A model generated the notes under the pieces. It was given only the letters and a program-made list of their open reading frames with translations, had not been told where the DNA came from and made no database searches. 64,000 nt of DNA, from assembly GCF_026571515.1 (NCBI RefSeq), contig NW_026853488.1:62001-126000 (forward strand), in the 5' to 3' direction. How positions within the stretch are numbered: position 1 is the first letter of the stretch; every line of letters begins with the position of its first letter. The stretch comes from Ruditapes philippinarum. Taxonomy: Eukaryota. Below, piece by piece: positions 51,198-64,000 of this stretch. A program made the position numbers and the translations under genes.

Positions 51198-54100
51198 AAT
51201 ATGCATGTTTAAATGACACCATCATATAGCAATTGTAATGTTACTATTCGAATACTACGTAATATTTATTTTAATTTGTTGACAAAAACTTTTAACATTT
51301 CTTCTCCATTCGACAAACGTTATTTTGAAATTATCACAATTTGTCAATGAATAATAGGTGTTTGTGCGTTACGTATGTGATATATAATCGATATAATATG
51401 TACCCCTGTGCATCCCAGTGTCGTTGACGTTCAGCATCACCAGAAGAGATTTCAAGACACAATTCTATGAATATTCAAAAGTACCAATCTAATAGTAACA
51501 ACCATTTGTGTACGTAAAGACAAATTCATCAACTGTTAAGAAAATTATTAGTTTATGTGCATCAACTGAATAAATGAATACGGTAGAAATAAGCATATCT
51601 CATTTTCTGTCCAAAATGTTTCACATTTTCAAGTTATATTAGTGTTCACTATTAATCAAACTGCGCTTTAGTCGTGAAAATAACTCAAAACCTGATTAAT
51701 ACATTCTCAAAAAACGTAGAATAAATTAATTCTGTCGATAGACTTCAGCAATTTGATGGTAGAAGCAAGAATATACTTTAAATATAGATGAATTATTATT
51801 GTACACATACCACTTGCTCATTAGTCAACGTTTTATTCTGCAAATCATTTTCAAAAGTACATGTACAAATGATGTCTGTACCAAATTCATATTTATGATA
51901 CTTTCAAATCAATACTTATCTTGAAATCCAATTGATATACATAATGAATTATGTAATTATTTTTCCAACATAGTCACTTTAAAGGAACAATTGATAATAA
52001 ATGCAACATATATGTTTAACTTATTTTATTTATGGTTGGCATAAAATTTCCGTCATGACTGGTCATTAAGTAACATAAAGTTAATAGAGTTTGAACCTTT
52101 ATATAAAATAGAATATTATAAAATAGGTTTTGCTTCGTCATCGATTGCAAAAACCTGTAATTTTATGTTAGATTTTCGCCATATCGACGGCTGAATAAGA
52201 GCATTAAATATTCCAGACAATCTGTTATAGAATAATATTAACAATTACATGTATATCAATTATAATATTATATGACTTAATACTCATATCCCCCAACAGT
52301 CGGAAGTGGACATTTTATATATTTTTAAATTATATGCTTCGGTAGCTTAATATGTTTTTTCAGATATTAATCAATTAAAAAATTATGTTTTCGAAAAAAA
52401 GACAATGTGCTGAAAAATTTGCCAGATATGATAAAACTTTGATATCCCGAAGCTTATAAAATAATATTTTATTAAATATTTATTCAATAAAAATTAAAGT
52501 TAAATTTTGAAAAGACTTGATACAGCCATTTTTATATATAAATACATTTATTCAAGCATATCACGATCAAAAACTGCCATAGAATGTCTAGGACATTCCC
52601 AAACCAGGAACAATTACTCAAACAGTTTGATCGTATATTCGTCTTAGGAATACTTGGCCGCCTACGTAAAACCCCTTTTTTAAGAGGAACCGTAGCATCC
52701 GTTGGCATGCACGGAGGAAACCTCCTCAGACTATTCCTCGGTTACAGGTTATCTAATGACTATTCTACAAATATCCGAAAGTCAGTAGCATCCCACAGGT
52801 GTTCGAAATGTTTATGCTTATGTACTGGCCAGTTAAATGTATGTTTTGAACCGACGTCGGATTCAAATGACAGGGGTCTGGCAGTCGACGTTGGTAAATT
52901 TCCGGATGTCGCAAAACAAATATTGACTGTTGAAATGATAATTCCAGCCATGACGAAGAAGGGCTAAGTATCGCGGCGGTCATTATTACCTGAAAACAGA
53001 AAAAAGAGACAACAGCAAAGCAAATGGGAAGGGCGGGTGGGTATTTTTCCGTGTTAGTTCACGGCAGCTTCTGGAGCTCGGAGACTGGATCGAAAAGGAA
53101 TTTGCAGAAGCGTGCTCGGTTTATATGTATACCCAGTCTACTAAGCATGCGCGAACGAGATTGAATGACTTGTTAGGAGGAGGAGCCAATTATACAGGTC
53201 ATTGCAAAAATACTGTGACGTATAGTGTAAAAATAAAGAGTTTAAACTCAAGCGCTTAAACTGAATATTATTGTGTATTTTATTGAACAGATCACCTATA
53301 ACAGTGATTTTACGGGTGATTTGCTACTCAAACCTTCCTCGGGTAAGTCGAAGAAGACTTTTAAATATGAATACCAATTCTACACTTGAGTTCACCTTGA
53401 CTGAATATAGCTATACGTGTAGAGTAGCGCAATGCAGATGTTATCAAGATATGTTTGTAAAACACGTATGCCCCCTTAAACACAGCCAATTTGATATTAT
53501 AACATTAGATTTTTAAATGTGTATAAAAATGCATAGTAAATTTGTTATGGAATACATGTATATCATTGCCATGGGGCAGAACCAATATGACCAATGGGTC
53601 CATGAATTGAGTAAACCCTGTAGTTGTCAATGAGACAATGTTACACAAAAAATTTCTTCTAAAAAAAAGGGTTTTTTCAGGGTTTGAGATCATTTGGGGA
53701 CCTTTACCTTTGCCCACTGCCCCCCAAAAATCACAAAGGGGTCTTTTTACTATTTTTATGCCCAACCTCCACACCGTTTATAAAGGACCATCGGGCCAAA
53801 GCATTGTCTAGTTTTTTGAGCGGGAAAGGGGTATGGGTTCTACGGACCACGGACCAAACCAAACCGGGACATGGCAAAGAAAAGGATACCCCCAAAATTT
53901 TCTTCAAAGGGGGGGTTTAAATAACTTATTTTTTGACTTTTTTCTTGGGTTTACCCGGTTCCCCTTTAATCCCAACCCCCCAAAGATTTTTTAGTTTTTT
54001 TTTTAAATTTTTTTCGGGGGAAAAGTGCATATACGGGAAAGACGCCCCTTTTACAGAGGCGCCCCCGGGTTCTTTTAAGTGCCCGGGGAAAAGGGCCCCA

Positions 54101-55011
54101 GTGAATGCACCTGGGTTTTTAATTTAAATTTTTTTTCCCCTTTAATAGAAAGGGAGTTTAGACTGTTTTCCAACATTAAAATTTTACATTGTATTTTAAA
54201 AAACCTTTTTTAAAACCCTTTTTAACAATCTCACAAGCTAGATTTTCCCGGGGGTGGGTCGGGTACCCAGGAAGGGACCGGGGTACTTTCCGTAACCTTT
54301 CGGCAACGCCCCGGGATTGTTTAAAGGGGCTCTGCCGGGGCTTTTACCGGTGATGTCGGCACTCTATCTGACCGTCCCGGGCCCTCTGCCGCCCATCACC
54401 CGGGGCTGGGCTAACATGGTTTTCCCCAGCTTTTTTTATCTTTTTTGATCGAAAAACTTAACAGCTTTTTGAATTTTCTGTTTAGGTAAAATTCGTCGTC
54501 CACTTACTATCTGTAATATCCGTAGTCAACTGGACTCTGCATGGATGGCCCGGAGTTCATCCTGGTTGTTATAAGTATGGAAATTGGGTATCGCCGTAGT
54601 TTTACCGGGGTAATTGAGACTGCAACAATATTTTCATCCCAGATCGTCTGGGGTGGTCCTGGGCTTTGCCGGGATGCTGGTTAGAACGCTACTTAAATCG
54701 GTACTTTTAATCCCTTTGGAAACCTTTATAACTGGCTGATTTGCATTACTGTTGATCATAGAAATAAGTGCAATTAACATATGAAAAGTTGAGACATTTA
54801 TCGTTAACCGATTTGGACATTTATGAGCACCTAATTTGTTGCGATTTTTTTCGTTAATTTTTGGACATTTATCGTTAAAGGAGTTTTGGACATTTATCGG
54901 CGATTGAGACATTTATCGTCAATTTTTGGACATTTATCGTCGTTTGGACATTTTTCGACGTTTGGACATATATCGGCGCTACAGGGCCTTAAACGTGGTT
55001 AAAAAAAAAAA

Positions 55012-56190
55012 TATTATAGTAGAATTCGATTAATTATTATTCCTACATGTGTATTTTTCTATATTGTATTACGTTGCATGATATTGATGTATGTACTATT
55101 CTTAGCGAATGCTTAAGTATTGTTGGATAAAGCAATAAATAGAGGCCCTACCTTATAGTATGGAATGGCCATTAAACACAATTTGATAGTTTGTTATTCC
55201 TCGCGTGGCTGTTCATAAATATAAGCTATGCCGAATAGCATCAGCGAACTTTATAAGCCGCCACGTGAGGTACGGGTTTTAGCTTTTCGTAGAAACGGCT
55301 GAACGGATAATAGCCCTCCATAAAATCGTTTTGAACCAGTTAGCAATTTGTTTGTTTGTTTGTTTGTTTGTTTCATTTTACGCCTTTTTCAACAGTATTT
55401 CAGTCATATAGGCGGGTAGTTTCGTAACCATCGTTCCTGGAGAGTTACATCAGTACTAGACAACCTTCCTCCGCGCTAAACTACCAAAGCATCTCCCGGG
55501 GATCGAACCCACGCCAGAGAGGTACCTGGATTAGAAGTCATCGACTCTAACCCCTCGACCACGGAGGCGGTTAGTTAGCAATTACTTAGACGCGTAGAAG
55601 GAGGAAGCAAACATTTTTACCCTCCCCCATCCCCTTCAACACAACAAAATTATAAGGGTCTCAGTGTAACCGACATAATTATTTCAGTGGTTGTTAGAAA
55701 GAAAGGCAATATTAATTTTTATTATATTATACTTTCTGTAACAATTGAAATGTTAATAATTATGTAAGGTGGCGTTTTGTAATGAAACCCTCGCATTTCT
55801 TACTTTTATAGTAGAATTCGATTAATAATTATTTTTAAATGTGTATTTTCTATATTGTATCAATTTGCATAATATTGATGTATGTACTATTCTTTGCACA
55901 TGTTTAAATATTGTTGGTTAAAATTATGAATGGAGGCCATGACGTTTTTCTTACGAAACCCTCACATTTCTTACTATTATAGTAGAATTCGATTAATCAT
56001 TATTCCTTCATGTGTATTTTCTATATTGTATTAAGATGCATAATATTGATGTATGTACTATTCTTTGCACATGGTTTAGTATTGTTGGTTAAAACAATAA
56101 ATAGAGGCCATACCTCATAGTATGGTATGGTCATTAAACACAATCTGATAGTTTGTTTCTCCTTGCGTGGCTGTTCATAAATAGATCTTA
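55012..56190. repeat. ~170-250 bp dispersed/tandem repeat family (gaaaccctcacatttcttactattatagtagaattcgattaat...)
   Basis: Copies at ~55012, ~55770 and ~55938, with a partial copy at ~48753. Confidence 0.75.
55347..55568 (-). mobile_element. tRNA-derived SINE with (CAAA)n tail
   Basis: Minus head gcctccgtggtcgaggggtt...gggttcgatcccggg; (TTTG)n on the plus strand; the flanks share agttagcaatt (possible TSD). Confidence 0.75.
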
Positions 56191-59100
56191 CGGGTATTAT
56201 TAACGTTTTCACGTATATTAAAAGCTAACAGTATAATACATTTTACATTTTGATTACCACGAACAATCTTTTTGGGAAAAACAAGGACTTTGATTTAAAG
56301 TAGTTTTTTTCAATTTTTTTTAAAAATTAAACTTAATTTGTTGTACATTTTTACAAATAACTGCTGGCGAGCAGTGACTTTTTTAAACAGTTGCCCGGAT
56401 GTATAATTTAATTTTCATAAAGGAGCAATACCATTGTGTAGCTTTTTCCCCGGTGTCGTTTTCAAATTCGAACGGGAAAAATCACAGTAATGACTCATGA
56501 GGGCCAAAAATTCAATTTAAAATTTCGGGGAAAAATCCCCTTTTCCAATTTTGGCATATATTTTCTTTAAAATTTTTTTAATATTTTATTTTTACAGGGT
56601 TAAAAAGAACCCTGTTTAATACAGCCCCATTCTTACATAAAATGTATAAATATTAAACATAATCAGTACACATTGCTGTTCTTTACACTCCGAATATCGA
56701 CGACGAAAATATTATGACAAAGTCGTAAAAGGACCCAGACAATTCTGGCTGGAAACTCTACATGTAATGTTCATTTTTCATTGCCGTGTTTTGATATGTA
56801 ATATCATTTGAACAAACGATGGACAATTCAGAGTTTAAAGCTGACAATTTCAACAAATAAACCTGGTTAGATATTATGGTATAAGTACATTAATTATATC
56901 TTGGTATTGCCTGAAAAATGTGCATTAAATTAATGTTTAACTTAAAGAACTAGTAACATAATGTCCTTATTAAATGGAATATTTGCAAACTATTGCTACC
57001 CAGCCACAAAGAAATTATAAATGCATCATACTTTATTCTGGTTCCCTGTCTACATTTACTACGGAACTAGTGTAAGGGCAAGGAACTCTAGACTACTTAT
57101 GGAATCTATTAAATGGAACGATTTTGACATTTTTCCACTTTCAGAATATATATACATTACAGAATGGACTCAGTATGAATCGCCGACATTTATTTTACAC
57201 GTTTCATGTAAATTTTGTCGTTAAAAATAACACGTATACAATGTACCCATACTTGAATGTACGCGAAGTTGTGAATGTGAGCGTTCATTTTCTGGTGTAC
57301 CCAATGGATCTCCGTGGTTACCCGCTCCATTGTTTAAGATGGTACATATGTGTGCCAGCAATAACATTGAGACGGAGGTAGCCCATGTCGGAACCGTACA
57401 TGTTATAGTTAGAAATCAACACAATAATCACCGCCGGCGAACAACTTGGAATCGATCTTTGAAACTTGGCTCTTGTGTCCCGGGACGCCTCAACGTAAAT
57501 GTAATAACCTAGAAATAGTCAAACATGGTGTGTTTCTTACAATATAGAAATCTTATAACTACTGTTATGCAAAAATTCCATCAAAATGTAAGTATTAGAA
57601 TTAGATGTTGTATTACCTAAAATATTTTTAACATATAGTGTTTTCTTTAAAAAAAAACTTTTTAAAAGCCTAGTTTTCTAAATATTTAGTACAATTTGTT
57701 TTTAAGTTAACAATGCTTTTTTTTCGTTAAAATGTTTAGTATTATAGTTGCATATATTTTTGTAATTCATCTGAAATATTATAATATTTTGTAAAAAATG
57801 AAACAAACCCGGGGATTAATATGTCCAATCTTAAACCGTTTCATATTAAAAAAAGTTAATTTTTTATGTTGTGAGAGTTTTTTACCTGTAGAAGAACCAT
57901 GAGCGTCGTTTGTTGGCCCTGTATGTGAACTTGGTGTAGCTTACCCTTATGTCTTACCCACTTGTTCTGATCTGAGTGTGGCTCCGTCCACAGTGACAGA
58001 AGTTATTGTTGGAAGGTACACACGTCAGCTGTATATAACATTGTATATGTCTTATTTAACTTATTATGACTTGAAGAAAAAAACAAACCATATTAATACA
58101 GAATTTATGCGTTACATTCTTATGTTTGTTTCATTTTTTTCATAAATTTTTATATTTTAAAATTACATATTGTTATGTTATACATTTATAATGATTCTTA
58201 TTATTTGGTAGCATATAGAAGCAAACTAAACCTCAGAAATGAATACACTCTTTATTCCGTAAAAGGCCAATCATGTGTTTTAAAAATGATGTTATATAAT
58301 GGATGAAAAAGTAGTAAAATGCCTATTACCTTAAGGAAACAGTGCTGATTGTAAAGTTTTTTGTCGAGAAGCAAAATTTACTCAAAGCGGTATTTTGACT
58401 TGCATACACAATTCTTAATTCATAACTATACAAATTGCAAAAACCGCAAAAGAAGCTAGGGATTGCTCAGTAAATTTTTAGGCCAATTTGGTACGTTTTT
58501 CGAAACATTTAGGTCCCATAAAAATCAAAATTTCCCCTTTTTGAAATAAACATAAACCTAATATTTGCGGAGGGGCTAAATTAGGCCTTTTAAACGAAAA
58601 ACTATTTTCCACTGTATATTTATAAGATTATAAGTTTCTGTTGCAAAAAATGAAAAAATAAGAAAGAACTATTTCAATTCCCCGTCTATAATAATGTTCA
58701 AAAAACCAAAAATATGAGGTTGTTTGGCTAATTTTGTTGAGAAAAAAGTGGCATACCGCGCTTAAGAAAACGAGCAACTTTTTTTAATTTATTATCTTAC
58801 AGCCTGTTGGAGGTCTTGCAGTTGTGAATTGGTGGGCGTTGTGACAAATCCAGTCACTTGACTTTCCGCTGGCGGGTACTTTGAATACAGTCGTACAGAA
58901 GTTGGATTTCTTTGACATCTGTATCACTAGACACGACTCTCTGACCAATAGTTCACTTCCAGATTGTTTTTGGAATAATGGTTTTTTTTCCTTGAACGGT
59001 CAATAGCAAATGCCCATATGCGCTGTAGTGCATGATACTGCCATAGTCGTAGGGTTGTCCCAACATATCGATATAACCAACTGGGTATTTGTTGAAAAAT

Positions 59101-59309
59101 TTTCCTTCATGTCCTCAAAATATTGAAACAAAAAATTCATAAAACCTTGCATGTACACATAATAGGTTTAAGGAAAAAAGCCCCCGTTGCTTACTGTTAA
59201 ACGTTAATGCTTTCAAGATAGGCTCAGGCGTGTAAAATTATTCGTGCGAAAGCAGTTACTAAAAAGCTGATCATGTTGGAAAGCCTTTTTAACTAAGATT
59301 TTTTTCAAT

Positions 59310-60270
59310 TTTGCACTTCTTTTCATTGCGCTTAACCATTGTATGAAGTTGCAATGAATTCTAAACATTAGCTTTTAATTTATGCACCAGACAAGGAAAA
59401 GGAACAAAGGGCAATAACTCTACAAATGCTGAAGATGGAGTTGTGGTAATTGTACATTGCACTTCCTCTCGTTGCCCTTGATCATTGCATGAAGTTGGGT
59501 TGAATTCCAACGACTAGCTTCAAAGTTGAACAAAACTTGTAACGAAGGGCAATGACTATGTAATTAGTCCAAATAGTAATGGTTCTTGTGCACTGCACTT
59601 CATATCACTGCCCTTAACATTGTATGAAGTTTCATTGAATTCCAATCATTAATTTTTAAGTTAGGAACTGGACAATAGAAAATAACCATAGGGCAAAAAC
59701 TCTTAAATGAGTCAAAAATGAGTTATAAGTTCTGTGCACTGCGCTTCCACTCAATATACGTGACCATTGTATGAAGTTGTATCAAATTCCAACCATTAGT
59801 CTTCAAGTTATGCTCCGGACAAGGAAAATTATAAAGGGCAATAACTCTGAAAATACTCGAGATGGAGTTATTGTTTAATGCACTGCACTTCCTCTCAATG
59901 TGCTTGATCTTTGTATGAAGTTGTATTGAATTCCAACTATTGGTCTTCAAGTTTTGCTCCGAAAAAAATAAAACATGGGAAAAGTAACAAAGGGCAATCA
60001 CTCTGAATTAATTTAGATAAAGTTATGATTCTTGTGCACTGCACTTCGGCTTATTGTCTTTGACCATAGTATGTAGTTGTTTTGAATTCCAACCAGTAAT
60101 TTTCAAGTTATGCTACGAACAGGAAAAGTAACAAAGGACAATAGCTCTGTAATAAGTCAAGACAGAGTTATGATTCTTGTGCACTGCACGTCCTCTCAAA
60201 GTGCTTGATCATTGTATGTAGTTGTACTTAATTCTAACCATTATTCTTCAAGTTATGCCCCCGGACACGG
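59310..60270 (-). mobile_element. HINE-like tandem array (~150 bp units) in an astacin intron, related to 16770-17639
   Basis: Repeated agggcaataactct / gtgcactgcacttc / gtatgaagtt / gttatgctccggacaa. Confidence 0.75.
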
Positions 60271-60954
60271 AAAATGCCCCAACGGACCCTCTGGGGCCCC
60301 CGGGAAAAACCGACCGGGCTTGGGGCCATCCGGGGGACTCTTATATGGGATGTACCCCCCAAATTTTTCAAAAAAATGCTATATTAATTTTTTCAGCCCT
60401 GATTTGGGGAAACAAATGAAAAAGACATATAATAAAAGCATTTTTCCTTTCTAATATTACCTTTAAATCGATTTTTAAACATAGTTATCTTTTTTCTGTT
60501 CTACTCCCCCATGCCAAAAAACCCAAGCGGTGCCCAAAAACTCGTCCCCTTAATTTTTTCCTTTTGCGTTCACATCCATGTCCAATAGTAACACTTGACT
60601 GCGTCCAATATAACCAACTGGTGTGTGGCACCTTTAACATGTCCATATAAGCAAATATTAGCCTTTTTACATGAAAAATATATATACATATGTGTATATT
60701 TTGCAATGGCAAATATACTGTAAATGAACATTCATGGCGTTATAAATTTGAAAAAATGAAAATGTGTGTCAATTGATACTAACCCGGTTCCTGTTACAAA
60801 TTTGACGAAACCTTTTTCGCCTGCATGAGGTTTAAAGTGAATACATGTCTTTCCGTTGACCTTTGTCCTCGTTTCAATCTCATTCATGGCTTGATGAAAG
60901 ATGTTTTTAACGGTTTCAGCTGAAATATGAAATAAAATATGATCTTATCTTGGT

Positions 60955-61190
60955 CTGATGGATGACGACGATCATGACGATGAAGAGGAGGTGGAGCAAT
61001 GACAGTCACGAATTATAATGAAGAGGTTAGAAAAGACGAAAAGATCCTGGTGATTATGATAATGAGAAGGGGGGTAAGAAAGAGGGGCTGAAAGAGGTGG
61101 GTGGCGACGAACATGATCAGGAAGAAAAAGATGATAAAATTGTTTTGTTTTTAATAATGCTTGACTATAAGCGATGGCGATGATGAATAC
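60955..61190. repeat. Purine-rich degenerate (GAT/GAG/GAA)n simple repeat
   Basis: Low-complexity intronic tract. Confidence 0.6.
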
Positions 61191-62801
61191 AAAAGAATGT
61201 TTTTGTAATGATGAACGTTTGATTTAGACAACCATTATCAAGTGTGTACTTACAACGTCAAAATGGAGCTTCTTGTGAGAATGATCTAACGTGAAGAAGT
61301 TACTTTCAAAGATTCATAGTCGCGTATGCTTTTTTGTCTGTTGACAGACAGAAAGGAACACTCTGGTTCGTTATATTACTATTGCTTATCTTGACGCAGA
61401 TTAAACAATTTCTCAAACACTCAAATGAAACTAATTACATTACTTACGATATGATGATTGGATTTCGCTATGGCAACAATACCATTGGCCCATCTCCTTC
61501 TTCTACGGCAATAGCATTTCTGTGCTTAAATACAAAAAGTAAACAAAAATTGTTATACTTCCCACAAAGAAAATACAACTGTAAATCAGTTTTTAACAAT
61601 TATTTCGTCAAAATAATTGAGTTAAAGTTTTTCAAAAACACAACTTGCATTTCACACGTTAAATGGAATTTTTTACGTTTTTATGTGAGTTGTAACTACA
61701 CTAATTACTAAAAAACAGTCTCTTAGGCGCAGAAGACGTTGTAGAAGATTGTTTTTTAAAAAGAACACAACTTTAAAAAGTTTTCACCCTGCATTAAAGT
61801 TAATTTACCATCCCACAAACTTAAAGTACACAGAACCCGTGGGGTTGAGTTTGGGAGCTGAGACTTATTTACCCAAAGTTTGGTAAACTGTTTTCTTTAA
61901 ATCTAACGTTCGGTATTTCTACATGATCATGGACTGAATATAGATATAATTTCCAATCGACGTGCATGAGATATGAAAAAAAAAAAAAAAAAAAACACAA
62001 GAATACCGAATAAAAAGAATATGCGGAAACTCACCATTTGGGGTTTCTCCGGGCAGGAGGTCAATATCACCCTCGAAAAGACCCGAATTCTCCTCGGGAT
62101 TATCATAAGCTTTCTCTTAAAATAATACAAAAATAATACAAAATTACGCAAATGATGTAAATAATACAATTACATGAGATGCAAAAGTAATAACAAGCAA
62201 TGCAACGGGTAATACACCAGTTTGAACAATATATACAAAAATATTGTAATAAGTACAAATAATGCAAGTTATACGATCAATGCAAACATTGCAAATAATA
62301 CAATGTTATAAAAGTGGAAATAACATAAGTAAAACAATGAAAGCATTTGATACCGTTAGAACAAATAAGGTAAATGATACTAAAAAAGTAAATTTCAAAA
62401 ACTATGCAATTGATGAACATGATGCTATTCAATTAGTGCTAAATAGTGCAGGAAAAGCTACGTATGCTGTTACTATAAAAGTTGTGCTATGTTAAGTTTA
62501 TAAAAAAAATATTTGCGAAATGATACAAAAATTGCAAATGGTACAAGTAATGTAAAGTCCACAGAAATGCAATAGATTTACTACACGAATAATGTAAAAA
62601 AAGAAATAATGAATATTATATGGAAATGTATGGAAAAAAGAGCCATATTTAGAAATGTGTAAATAATGCAAATAATTCAAATTACTAAATAAAGAACAAC
62701 TAATGCGTTTCTTTAAAATATGTAGAAATGAAACAAAAAAACAGAATTGTTGCATTAAGTAAGCTTTATTATATCACCCAGAATTATCATATTTTTCTTA
62801 A

Positions 62802-63048
62802 ATGAAGCCGCGTTCACGACAAAACCAACATAGTGCGTTTTGCGACCAGCATGGATCCAGACCAGCCTGCGCATCCGCGCAGTCTTGATCAGGATCCATG
62901 CAGTTCGCTATCAGTTTCTCTACTTGTAATAGACTTGGTAACGAACAGAGCATGGATCCTGATCATACTGCGGCGGGATGCGCAGGCTGGTCTGGAATTC
63001 CATGCTGGTCGCAAACCCACTATGTTGGTTTTGTCAGACGCGGCTCAT
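62802..63048. mobile_element. ~247 bp palindromic MITE
   Basis: ~110 bp imperfect inverted arms: gacaaaaccaacatagtg..gcgaccagcatgga..ccagaccagcctgcgcatcc and its reverse complement. Confidence 0.85.
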
Positions 63049-63652
63049 ATAAATTTAATCATTCATTCACCTATATATGTGTATATGGCAAATATATTTA
63101 TACATGTATATAGTATATATTTATGTTCATGACCGCAGTAGGTTCTGCTATTTTCCACATTCGTTATCAATGTAAGGCCTCGTTCGTTATCTCTATTTTT
63201 CGTGAAATGATTAAGTTCATGTTTCTAAACTAGGCACTGGCGTGACAGTATCAGAAAGTTTTTTTGTTTCTAAGTGATGTCTTATATAGTTCAATAGTTC
63301 AGTCACCTGTTCTGCCTTTGTTTCAAACTTTGTATTACATTTTATATTGATGAAATATTTTCAATATGAGAACGGTTATAAGTAAATAGAAAAAATATAT
63401 ATTTTGAAATTATACTTTATTTCATTACAAGTTAAGATCAAGTAAAACTAGAATTATGAATAATAGAAATGTAGTTGTTCAAAGCATTTTTTTAAAAAAA
63501 TTGTATTGACAGGCAATGGTCTAGATTAACGACTTGAAATTATATAAAATCCAATCTCTTTTATAAAATAAATAGGACAACAGCTGTGTGACTGTGTTAT
63601 ATATACATGCACTAACAAAGTGAAAATTTGGGAATGAAACAGTTATGAAGAT

Positions 63653-63853
63653 TTTACTCTTTTACTTGCTAAATTTGTTCAATGGTTTGCCCAGTTTTTG
63701 AATTTTTAATTCGTACGATTTTAAGAGAATTCAATATAAAAATATATAAATAAATATAAAGAATGATAGAAATCCTCGTGCAGGACAGGCCAGGTCCTTT
63801 ACTGGTAATAAATGTCGTATTCGCTTTTCAGTGGCAACATTATTAACAGTTAA
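63653..63853. mobile_element. Degenerate TTAA-type (piggyBac-like) MITE; similar remnants near 18535
   Basis: Starts tttactcttttacttgctaaattt and ends ...cagtggcaacattattaacagttaa. Confidence 0.35.
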
Positions 63854-64000
63854 AATCTAATAAATTGTTTAATTCAACATAACTTCTTCTAGCTTTTTTT
63901 TAAGTTTGTGAATTTTTTAATTTAATTTTTACGATTTCGTTAGAGTTTTAATGTTAACTTTTCCATTTCCTTAGGAGTTCAGTTTTGGAAAAATAAGCCG

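Larger units (their letters stand above)
49110..54988. mobile_element. ~5.9 kb element bounded by long, internally repetitive TIRs (foldback/MULE-like); no transposase seen
   Basis: 49110-49296 is the reverse complement of 54772-54988, built from repeated cgataaatgtccaaa units; termini GG(G/C)CCTGTAG. No clear TSD. Confidence 0.8.
56384..62115 (-). pseudogene. Astacin (M12A) metalloprotease with C-terminal MAM domain (meprin-like); frameshifted as assembled, either a real pseudogene or consensus errors
   Basis: Exons: ~62115-62035 (NPEENSGLFEGDI propeptide), 61524-61448 (RNAI..RRW.NGIVPY), 60919-60784 (AMNEIETRT..TCIHFKP..GTG), 60631-~60450 (CHTPVGYIG..GC, garbled HExxHxxGxxH), ~59113-58801 (PYDYGSIMHY Met-turn, IGQR, LLYDC), 58028-57886 (CTF..FC.W..TPSSHTGP), 57508-57253 (GYYIYVEAS, YNMYGSDMG), ~56473-56384 (FEFE..IA..GNC). 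Confidence 0.85.

Noticed and set aside
52584-52967. 127-aa plus-strand ORF in the TIR element as a transposase
   Set aside because: No DDE, zinc-finger or other recognisable motif; nearby signals point to the minus strand.
61334-61711. 125-aa plus-strand ORF with hydrophobic N-terminus
   Set aside because: TTG start, AT-rich intronic sequence, antisense to an astacin exon.
63770-63840. Possible signal-peptide exon of the astacin gene (minus ATG at 63840)
   Set aside because: Early stop, no hydrophobic core, and it lies within a MITE-like remnant; the true first exon was not identified.

Overview
AT-rich animal genomic DNA, most likely a bivalve mollusc (inferred from the repeat families and gene structures). 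Six intron-containing host genes can be reconstructed by hand: the first two coding exons of USP22 (-), a complete 6-coding-exon DHRS7B (+), a 2-exon TMEM11 (-), a 4-exon fatty-acid-binding protein (+), an almost intronless SLC26 anion transporter (-) with a candidate 15-nt first coding exon, and a heavily frameshifted astacin-MAM (meprin-like) metalloprotease (-) that the ORF track misses. USP22(-)/DHRS7B(+)/TMEM11(-) match, from my recall, the human 17p11.2 order and orientation. The rest is repeat-rich: HINE/Helentron-type elements carrying ~150-163 bp tandem arrays, a 1.7 kb 13-bp minisatellite built from E-boxes, a LINE nested in a LINE, MITEs with 6-bp TSDs (one IS3EU-type), tRNA-derived SINEs and a 5.9 kb long-TIR element with cargo. 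Sequence after ~53.6 kb looks like a low-accuracy consensus. I found no evidence of a wholly new system. The best leads are the divergent SLC26 anion site, the E-box array, the ancient microsynteny, a TE inside a splice acceptor and the cargo-bearing TIR element.
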